From Albugo candida (Eukaryota), in contig JBDOQK010000055.1 in the NCBI GenBank assembly GCA_040437565.1, positions 186,001-235,772 on the forward strand: 49,772 nucleotides of DNA, written 5' to 3'. The notes below the pieces were generated by a model. It had not been told where the DNA came from. It made no database searches and saw nothing but the letters and a program-made list of their open reading frames with translations. Below, in pieces: positions 37,714 to 47,832 of the stretch (positions are counted from its first letter, which is position 1; each line of letters begins with the position of its first letter). The position numbers and the translations under genes were made by a program.

Positions 37714-38369
37714 TCATATTACTTCACGAAGGATGCTTATTCATATTTCGATACGCTCGTTGCGTATCCTGATGCATTAATTGAGAACAGTATCTTTTTG
37801 TCCTGTGCCCAATTCCCTTTGTTAGAATGCGTTGTTGTTAATTGCTTGGTAAAACGAATTCTTCTATTCATCAAGAAAGCATATATTGAGTTGTCAGAAG
37901 CGTTCAGTCTGCTGCTGAATTTGTAGTAATGCCCAGCGCCACGATATCTTATTCAATATTCGTCGCGATACGATGCTTCATTACCAAAGGGGAGCTCATT
38001 TACAGTTGCAAACATGCTTTTCTGTGGATGGGCATCAATGCCATACATCGTTGTGGCTTTACTGGAAGAAGATGAGGCTTCATGCTTGCATCAGAAGGAT
38101 TTTGTATTAGCATTCGATTCGATCAAATTTGTAGATAATGTGTTTACACCAAATATTCGGAGGCGTCATGATCTATACTATAGTATACCATTTTATATAA
38201 TATGATATAAAAAAGAACTTTTAACGTGAATGAAAGAAGTAATTGATCAGCCAGTGGGTATGTGATAGAAGTTCCCTTGATAGAATCCAATGAGTCAGTT
38301 TTCTTCCGATTGAAAATGTTAAGATGAGTTGCAACAAATAATCAAAAGTGAGTGGGACGCAAAACTTAG

Positions 38370-40320
38370 GACATGGTAACTAAATACGGGCGCGGGAAAG
38401 CTATCTTGAAAGAAAATACGCAGCCGAGGATCGCCGAATCATTGTGAAACGGAATCGTTTGACGGCAATCAAAGAAACATTACGACGAAAGGAAAAACAT
38501 TAGGTAAGGGGACTCATTCAGCGAAACAAGCAAAAGAAAATAAACTAGAAATTGAAAGGCTACATGGGTGGTTGAGCCTTGAAAAATAAAATAAGGAGTG
38601 TTTTCCGAAGAAGTGTCTGCCCCAAAGACGAAAGAGAACTTTGAAGCAACAATCAAAGATCCGCGATATCGAAATAAGCAATTGGAAATAGATGAAGCCC
38701 AGCCTATATGGCTTACAAAAAGAAACTACTGCAGGACTTCATTCACACTTCACACCACGACAACGAACATTTCAGAATATCGAGGCTAGAAAGCGAGAAT
38801 GTTATTCTGGTCATTGAAGCACGAAAGTCCTCGAGTGAACTTGCAAGCTCTGGAAGAAAACAAAAAGGAAGCTACAACAAGAATCTGCGCGACTACGAGA
38901 AGAAATGATAGGCTTCCAATGCGAAGGAAGTTTATAGTCATGAAAGTCCTAAACGGATATTAGAAGTCGGAGAAAGTCAGGACTTAATTCTCAGCGTAAA
39001 GAGGATAACTTATACTCAAGAAATCGTTTTCAATTATCGGAGTTATGACAGCAAATTGGAATTTTAGTACGGAGCGAAACAATGATTTTTGCTTCGACTC
39101 AGACTCGTCCATCCATGGTAACGCACGAGAAACCCCTAGTAAATCCTTCATTTCTACCTACGTTGGGAGTAGACAACTCTTTAAAGGTTTTACACAGTAC
39201 ATGGGTGTCATGATTGTACGAGAACCCCTTTTATAGAACTAAAATGGACATCCCGGTTCTGTCAGCAGAGCAATCTGTTCACGCTCACAAAGTCGACGAA
39301 GCAATTCCAGGAATGTTACAAGATCTTGTTTCCTGTATGTCTCATGAAAATGGACTGAGCATCGAGTCGAATTTGAGTTGAAAGAGATCATTTTTCAAAA
39401 TGAAAGAAAATTAAGAATCAAGCGAATCTCTTGCAGTCCCGGTAAGTGGTATACTAAATCCATAGTAAGGATAGCAGCGCTCATTTTGATCGTTCTTATG
39501 CTCGTTCGTAGCTAATCAGCCAAATTAGTTGACTGCTGCTCTTTTAAGCGTACACTTGTCGCAGTTTTTGCATCAATTCGATCGGACGCTGTCCGTTTAA
39601 TTTGTCTGGGCAACTCTATGTATACAAATTAGAAATCAGAGGACGAGACATTTTTGTGATGTCATCAAAAGCTGGAGAAAATTGGCGTAATTCTACTGAC
39701 TGTTGGGCTACTTTTGCTGGATCGGAAGTAACATCTATCTCTTCTGGGATTTTCAGCAGCTGTTGGTATTGCCTCATCAGCGATCCGATGCTTGCTGAAA
39801 GTGCAAATGTATGAAGGATTGCCAGAAGTCGAGTCCGCTGCGAATGGATTTGTGTGTTGACACCTAAAACTAAGACTTCGCGTCCACATGAAACGAATTG
39901 ACAATGCTTATCATTGAAAGATAGCGGCAGTACATAGAAACCTACCTGGTCGATGTCTTCCTCTACAGTAAGCCTCTTACCGGTCATTCAGTAGCTTTTA
40001 ATCAAAAAGTATCATCAACAAGTCAAAAATATATTATCAGCGCGAAAATTTCGCGAGAATAAGGATCAAACCTCATCACACAGAAGCCGAGCTGCGTATG
40101 CTCCTCTTACAGGAATTAAACACGCTCTGTCAGCCGTATGAGAACTCCTTTAAGTTTTTGCATTTCCCTGAGCAACTTTATCGGTATTCAGAGAAGATGA
40201 AGGTCGAAGTCGCTTTAATGATAACCGCTTTTGCTCAATTGCTTAATTCAGCACATTCATGTCTGAATTCCATTTGCGGATGAAGCTCTTGTCTTTTTTC
40301 TAATATCATTCGTCGATATA
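38370..40320. pseudogene. Two convergent decayed coiled-coil-like gene remnants (plus strand ~38370-39000, minus strand ~39480-40320)
   Basis: K/E/Q-rich ORF fragments with in-frame stops and frameshifts; no family recognised. Confidence 0.25.
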
Positions 40321-40576
40321 GGCAAAGTATACGAAGACTTACGAAGACTTAAATCCCCCACGTTTCGCCACGAATAACCATCTTCTAACTAAAGCGACAT
40401 TACATTGGTTTTCTATATGCTGCGCGACGGAATACATTATTTTCACTCAGTGAGACTTTCTCTGAACTCATTTCATCAACGCGCTTCATTCCCAATTGTA
40501 ATGCCCCAGAAAAATGAGAACATTGTGGTTTAAAGGTTCTGAGGCGCTTTCGAATCAGTACAAATCTGAACTTCAG

Positions 40577-41571
40577 TTGAAGATGTCTATATTAGTAGAA
40601 TTAGACTAACTGACTTCTCTAGTTGCCTAGGCTATTTTAAATAACATATTTACACATATAAAAAACGTTTCGTGAAATACTTGTGAGAGATGATAATATG
40701 TCGTCTCGCTGATAATCGCGTATCGCAGCAGCCTCAGCACCCTTAATACGAGACTGTGTCCAGCTTGTAAATGCTGTAAAGTTGTGAAGTTGTAAAATTG
40801 TAAAGTTGTAAAAATGGTCCAAAAGTACCGTGTTGTGCCATTTGGTGCGCGCCACACCACTGTGAGCATAATCAGCCAACTAGGACTGAGATCCGAGTTG
40901 CAATTGCCTTCCCACTCGCCTGTGCCGGACCCGTAGCAATGATCTTCGACTTCTGAAAAATCCACCAAACGATCCTTGCGTTGCGACTTGATCCAGCACC
41001 TTTGCAAGCCGAATGCGTTCCTCTTGGTCGTAACACTGTCTTCGAAAGTACCGAACGTGCGCACTAAACGTGGTGTAGATCACGGAAAGTGCTGGAACTG
41101 TCGGAGTTGCTGATCGCTGATCGAACAAACGACGATTCCGATCTGTTCAGACGAAGTGCAGTGTCACCGCTTGCAATGCAAGCCATAATTCTGATATAAT
41201 CTCTAAATATTCTTTCCAATCCGACCGTACTGTTGGGACAATTGCACATGCAATATGCGTCCAACGTGGTCGAGAGGAGAAAAACTNNNNNNNNNNNNNN
41301 NNNNNNNNNNNNNNNNNNNNNNNNNNNNNNNNNNNNNNNNNNNNNNNNNNNNNNNNNNNNNNNNNNNNNNNNNNNNNNNNNNNNNNATCACCCAATACTG
41401 GGTGACTCATGAGGGTTGCCACGTCACTACAAGTGGACGCTAGCACCCTGGGCTGTGTCGATATGTCGACTTGAATCATTGTTTTGGAGAGGAAAGAGTT
41501 GAAAAAAGTTGTTTGTTCGAGGTGTTTTTACTAAATTAGCGGGTTACTTAGTATCCGGCAAATTGAGAAGT
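40577..41571 (-). mobile_element. L1-like non-LTR retrotransposon; 5' and 3' ends present, body collapsed in gap 41287-41386
   Basis: 16-bp direct repeat CAAATCTGAACTTCAG at 40561-40576 and 41572-41587. ORF start MIQVDIS at 41479. ORF2-like C-terminus ELWLALQAVTLHFV*TDRNRRLF matches the L1/Tx1 W..RN...F motif, with W replaced by TGA. Confidence 0.7.
40765..40813. repeat. Imperfect tandem repeat of an ~8-bp unit (TTGTAAAG) in the LINE 3' UTR
   Basis: ttgtaaatg ctgtaaag ttgtgaag ttgtaaaa ttgtaaag ttgtaaaa. Confidence 0.7.
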
Positions 41572-41854
41572 CAAATCTGAACTTCAGACTTCGAATAAAC
41601 CTATTTCGTAAGGAATCGGGTTTGGTCCAGTTAGTACAGAAATAAAGGTACCATGATTGGCATAGACGACTGAGGAAGCGATTCTTTTATTTGTGACAGA
41701 TTTGCCGCCAAGAAGTCGTAAGAGAAGAGGAGCTGATAGAAATGGATAAAAAATATTAAGATGATCTCAATGCCTAGCATGTGAATGAGCCGAACCTTTT
41801 CTGTGCACGCACGAAGCTGCATGCCGCCAGGAACTTCCACCATTGTTACAGTGT

Positions 41855-42450
41855 TTGTTGTCTGAGATTATATAATCGGTTGGAGGTCTACTCGACAGGA
41901 TTACACTAACTTTGCTCTTGCAGGTGAATCACTTCGAAAGCTCTCAAAGGATATCAAGTGATCAAAACTGAAAACCTTTCAAACAAATGAATTTTAATTC
42001 AATGAAGGAATGGCTATTTCCGCCCATAACGTGGCTTTATGACCAATCAGATTTTGGCGTTATTTCCACCCACGAAGTGGCTTTCTGACCAATCAGATTA
42101 CGNNNNNNNNNNNNNNNNNNNNNNNNNNNNNNNNNNNNNNNNNNNNNNNNNNNNNNNNNNNNNNNNNNNNNNNNNNNNNNNNNNNNNNNNNNNNNNNNNN
42201 NNTTGTTGTCTGAGATTATATAATCGGTTGGAGGTCTACTCGACAGGATTACACTAACTTTGCTCTTGCAGGTGAATCACTTCGAAAGCTCTCAAAGGAT
42301 ATCAAGTGATCAAAACTGAAAACCTTTCAAACAAATGAATTTTAATTCAATGAAGGAATGGCTATTTCCGCCCATAACGTGGCTTTATGACCAATCAGAT
42401 TTTGGCGTTATTTCCACCCACGAAGTGGCTTTCTGACCAATCAGATTACG
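41855..42450. repeat. Gap-flanking duplication (41855-42102 = 42203-42450); assembly artefact
   Basis: Apparently identical sequence on both sides of gap 42103-42202. Confidence 0.9.
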
Positions 42451-44836
42451 GTGTTATTTCAAATCAACTTTTACTAGTTCCACCCACCTACAACCTGTGC
42501 AATATAGGATTGGGCAAACTTAGGGATACTAGAGAGGGGTGAGCGTTCTGACAATGCAAAGGAGAAGGGATTAGTTCAAATTTTAATTGCAAAATTAGTT
42601 TTTTCTTTTAATTTGCTCACCTGCATTAGTCCCCTTAAATCATTGCTGTGTAATGGTGACAGGACAACCGAAGACGGAACAGAACTTGTCATGGAAATTT
42701 GGAATGGCCTTCCATCTTGCCTACAGCATGACAATGGTGTTGATATCTTTGTGGGACATTTTCGGATATCATGCCCCTTCTTGTTACATTTTTTACATTG
42801 CCGCTAAGGCTTTATTGCATGCACAAATGCTGACGATTCGCGCTTTGTTGATGAATTGGGAACCTTATTTTGAGCACCAAGTGAACGTCCTTTCGCCTTC
42901 CCAACAGAAGGTTGAGCAAGGGCAGAAGAATTCCGAATTGCCAAATTCGAAATTTTAGCATGAAGGATTGACTGTTGGAATGGTGAGCAATTTAAATATC
43001 GGCTTTCCACTGATTTCAAGTGGAGGTGAAAGGATGCGATGTTGTTCGACATGATGGTAACTTGAGTGGCCCCTTCCGTTATTGCATTATGATTAATGTC
43101 ACGTAGGTGCCAGTGCTGGTGGATCAATGTTAAGAGTATGGGGCTGTTAAAAAGCTCATGGATTTCATGCACACATGATAAATCTACAGCGCTCCGCAAA
43201 GTATGACTGCACAAATTCTTCAAATTCTCTTCCGGTCTACTAAATTGCTTTTCGATTATTTTCAGGGCAAAAACGGACACGTGTCCAACCAGCTTCTCAT
43301 AACTTACACTACCACGGAATACATGTGGGATGCGGATGCGTTCGCTGGCAATGTTTGCTTGAAGCTCCCGGGCTTGGTGCTCAATGGCTTGCTTCATTCT
43401 TGCCTGAACAAAATCCAGATTTCCAGTAGATGTTTGTAGGAACCGCTTTAAAGCCGAATGAGCCCTTCAACCGCCGACGTCGAAGTATTTTTGACAATGC
43501 ATCACCTTCTCTGTCCAGGCACGCACAAATTTTGCTTTATGTGGAATCCAATTTCTCTAAATAGCTGACAACGTCCAATTTTCCAACATACATAACCTGA
43601 AATACGCGCCATCCTGCATCATAGTTTGCAATTATCTTCAATCTACAACCATTTGTCCAACTTTACAACAGCTCTCCCCATTCCTCGTCCGTGCCAAATT
43701 CTTTCTTGCAATTCGCAAGTACATTTTATTCGATAAGCCACATGCATAGGAAATGTGCGCATTCCCGAAATATCTCTTTAATGGCACCAGCTAGTGCCAA
43801 ATCGTGATTTGCCACTAGAACGTCTGGAGTTCGTAACAACATGTTTTGCAACTGCCCAAGAGCCCAACATAATCTGCCTTCCCCTCTTCTAATAACAATG
43901 CAAATGCCAAGTAAAATGTTGAGTTATTCCCGTCCGTCCAACAATGCTCAGCAGAGGCATCCTGAACCTGTTCGTTTTGTACGTACAATCCAAGAGAAGA
44001 AACCTACTATACTGGCGAGCTAAAAGATGGATCCTGGTTGGGCCATAAACAAATGTGTGACGCGCACATCACCGGTGGTTTTCACATTGTACGCTACGCC
44101 CACGTGCTCGATGCGAGATCATCCACCAAAGCCTAAATCGGGTACCTGCCTGCCAATTCCTTCAGACGAGATTACGGTTTGGAATTGTAGAAGTTTTTAG
44201 CTATAGCCAGTGATTCGGGAAGTACGTGGCCCTTTCTTCTTCAGTCATTCTTCGGCACCCAGGATGCTCAGCCATACTCTCTGAAGGTTCATGATTGTGT
44301 TGGATGTTCCGCATTTTGACCTTACAGCAACCATCTCCACTCTTCTTTTCAAAACTCTCTCAAGGGCACCCCTCCAGTCTGGTTCCTGTCTTTCGTGTCT
44401 TCCCCTCAACATTTACAGCAGAGCGTTTCCTATACCCCCCACCAAGATCACACGCAAGAAAAACTCGCCTGTCTCCATCTGAACGTTTTATCGACACCTC
44501 ATATCCAGACTCACGACACACGTGGCGAACGTATTCAATGAGATCACGCCGAATATCGAACGATTGGTCGCAATTGATGAAAGAGGACATTAATAAAGGT
44601 GGGTGGAAATAGTAAAAAGCTGGATGGAAATAACGCTGTAATCGGATTGGTCAAAAACCCACATCGTGGGTGGAAATAGTAAAAAGTTGATTTGAAATAA
44701 CGCCATATTCTGATTGGTCAAAACGTAACGCCGTGGGTGGAGATAGTAAGAAGTTTGGCGGAAATAATCTGATTGGTCAAAAAGAAACGTGGGGGTGGGT
44801 GGAAATAGCAAAAAGTTGGGTGGAAATAGCGATACC
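42355..44836 (-). mobile_element. Mutator-like (MULE) DNA transposon with repeat-rich TIRs
   Basis: Termini GGAATGGCTATTTCCGCCCA and reverse complement GGTATCGCTATTTCCACCCA; imperfect 9-bp TSD TTCAATGAA / CTTAATGAA; internal transposase remnant. Confidence 0.85.
42804..44590 (-). pseudogene. MULE transposase (FAR1 DNA-binding plus MULE DDE domain), disrupted
   Basis: GYEVSIKRS..LACDLGG.Y..RKTGTRLEGCP, LDCTYKTNRFRMPLL, WIPHKAKFVRAWT, C.C...C.H-like SWIM remnant; many stops and frameshifts. Confidence 0.85.
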
Positions 44837-45126
44837 CTTAATGAAACGCATTCGAGATGTAATTAAGGGATGCAGATCCAAAATCTGAGAGAAACCCCGC
44901 ACTAAATTCTATTATGTCGCGTGTGTCATCGCATTGGCTGAAGTCTAGGTTGTCATATTCATACTTAAAGTATTCTAGTCAAGCACAGTAATCGACAGCA
45001 TTATGTGCATGCGAGATGTTGCCACGCCATATTTCATCGCGTCCTTACGTGCGACAGAGAAAATAAACGCTGCGGTGAGCGCGCTTTTCGTGTTGTCTAT
45101 TGCGGCCCGTTCTTAGTTGCTCTCAT

Positions 45127-45948
45127 ATGCTCTCACATGTTGTCTCGATTTCTGTAACTCTTTGGCCATGCATTCTAATGCTCTATCATACTAATATTGC
45201 TAACTTATGCATATATAAGGACAAAGGGCTCGAGGTACGTCAGAAAAGCGCCCCTATCCTATGTTATCAGCTATCCAGGCGTGCGTCGTAGCCAATTACT
45301 TGTACCAACGTTGAAAGAAAATAAGCCTATTCATGCGCAAGAAGGTGGTAAATAATCGCTTAGGTTTCCGATCCTCTCCATATTTATCGGACTACAACAT
45401 CAAAACGTCAGTGGCTGCTAGCGATACCAGTTCTCAGCAACATCTACAATACTATGGTATTTCTCGGATATGTCCTGTACGAAGTCTCCCTCTCAAGTCT
45501 TCCAATACAGTCGAATCATTAAGGAAATCTTCACCCGTTTGAAAGGCGCTGAACAGAGTGAGGTGTTATGATCTCAAAATAGATGTATCTCACAATAGCT
45601 CTACAAGGATTCATCGAAAGCTACCATATTGATCGCAACTTGACAGTATTGACATCCCTTTATCGCTATAATACTACAATACATATCCCAACATTTTGGT
45701 TTTGCTTTCCAAAACATATATGGCTCTGCAACCAGAAAGGATTTAGAAAATGGGTGAATAAGAATCATCTTTACGATTCTGCTCATTTAGCTATGCACTG
45801 TGGCGCAGCCATAAACGATTCTCTACTTGCGGGTAAACAATCGTATGGGGAAATAGTCTCATGCGAAGGATGCTTGCTCATACATGGGAATGTTTTCTTA
45901 ATCATCTGCAGGTTTCCCCTAAATCATAAATATGGTATGTGTGTCTAG
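45127..45948 (+). pseudogene. Possible decayed secreted/CCG-like effector
   Basis: Hydrophobic start MLSHVVSISVTLWPCIL followed by broken frames; SCEGCLLIHG resembles the Albugo CxxCxxxxxG motif but is one residue short. Confidence 0.2.
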
Positions 45949-47385
45949 TAGCTGTCCATAAGCACGGGTACGAATATTACCCCATTCTACAATTCCCTTA
46001 AAACAGCTCTCATGATTGTCTCAAGTGTTTTGTATGAGATCGAAATCAGTTGAAATCCCCGAACACCTTGATCATTCATCTTTAGAATACGACCTGACAT
46101 TGACCAAGCGATGGTGTAAGGCAGACTATTTTACCATGCACACATTTCCAAGCATGTCCTAATAAAAAATCATATTTCTCACTGTCAATCGACTAGAATA
46201 AGCGTACAAGAAGCGCTTCACCTACCTACACTCTCTGATTACACCGTTTTCAATCCACAGTCTGATATGAGCATACGAGCATCATGCATTACCGTGTGAT
46301 TCAGACACGGCGAGTCGAGGCTCAGCAGACAGGATTTAATGAATAAATCGGTAGAGACAATTGAAGACATTCTTCCGTCAGCGTCATCGACTCGAAGTCA
46401 AGATGATGCTTTACAGCCCTATGCAACTCAATGCAAGCTTAGAAGCTAGTCAATGTTGTAGCAAAGCCTGGTGAGGAGAAAGAAAAACTACAATAGGAGT
46501 GAATTCTCTCAAAAATACTTGTGAAGCAGCTTGCTATCCAATCATCCAAAGAATGAAGCGTGATCAACTTTTCCTCTTCAAGTGATTAGACTATCCTGTA
46601 ATTATTAGCGTACTAAATTGTCAGCAATATACTTTGGCAAAGCAATTATGAGCCATAAACTGTGTTGATCAAATTCTGTGAAAGCTACATTCTAATTGTG
46701 CAAGTCGCTGCATTGGCGGTACACACAATTCGCATCTTCTACAAATATACTAGTACATGTACAACAAGAGGCAAAAAATAAATTCACTCAGCATTATCCT
46801 GGGTAGCGAGCTATGATTAGCTGTGATGGATCCATTCCGCATTATTCCGTCATTATCAAAAACTGATGATTTTGATCATCATGGAAGCAGATACCATTTG
46901 GAAGCTAGTAATCAACTGGCAACCAACAAACGTAATACAAACGAGCCACTTGACTTGTGTTGCTACTATGTAATAGGATGCTTATGTTTACTGTGCTTCA
47001 ATCGCTTTAGTTTGATCCCAGATCAGCTTCATACGAACAGAATCCATCAGCTGGAATCGCGCTGGAACCCTATCTGTAAAGAAACTACGATGTACGCTTA
47101 GAGTTTTATTCAGAGTTGGTCGAATTTTCAAGCTAATTATCTTCATCCTAATGCATAATCAAACATAGGGTGGAGCATGGAAGTTCTAAATCGCAAAATG
47201 AGTACATAAGTTCGCTCTCGACGCTATTCTTTGGCCTCACAGCTTCGTACTGAAGCACTTGATAAAACCTTGGAGCACAGAGTCAACGAGAACGTCACAA
47301 TGACGGAACTTTCCGATGCATCTTGAAAAAGCCGAAAAGACTGAAAGACTGAGGAAATCCATCAGGTTTTGGTACTGTCAGTTTC

Positions 47386-47423
47386 TGTAGCGGAGCAACT
47401 ATAGCTCTTTGCCAGAAGAAGGC
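47386..47423 (-). mobile_element. 38-bp 3' (U5) end of an older, oppositely oriented LTR of the same family
   Basis: Reverse complement of 47781-47818 with 3 mismatches. Confidence 0.8.
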
Positions 47424-47818
47424 TGTAACGGGGTTACACGTCGGTTAGTACCCGTTTTGCAGTGTGGTACACATTTGAGACGCTTTGGGTTATTCGCCCT
47501 GGGAGCTGACACGTGTCAGCCACCGGACATTAGTACCTAGGTTAGGTACGTTTAGCGTAAGGTACTCTTCTAAATAAAAATAAATAAAGAACAGTTCCCC
47601 TTTAGATCAGTTAGAGACACGTGCCTACCTACTCAAGGCGTCTCATATCTTGTGCACTTTGTGCTGTGTTGTCGATTCCCTGAATTGTTAGGTCCCTTGA
47701 ACAAGTACCTTGAGATTTCAGTCTTCTTGACTCGTTGAGTCGAGTTCCTTCAAAGAACTCAACTGCTCGTCGGGCAGATAGCCTTCCTCTGGCAAATAGC
47801 TATAGTAGCTCCGCTACA
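47424..47818 (+). repeat. 5' LTR of a Ty3/Gypsy retrotransposon (395 bp)
   Basis: TGTAACGG...CCGCTACA inverted termini, internal AATAAA, followed 2 nt later by a PBS. Confidence 0.85.
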
Positions 47819-47820
47819 CT

Positions 47821-47832
47821 TGGTAGCACTTG
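47821..47832 (+). promoter_or_regulatory. Primer binding site, probably for initiator tRNA-Met
   Basis: TGGTAGCACTTG; TGGTAGC is complementary to a ...GCUACCA tRNA 3' end (A1-U72 pair typical of tRNA-iMet). Confidence 0.65.

Noticed and set aside
44597-44836. Spaced repeats resembling a CRISPR array
   Set aside because: Eukaryotic context, irregular spacing, and mirrored at 42355-42490; these are MULE subterminal repeats
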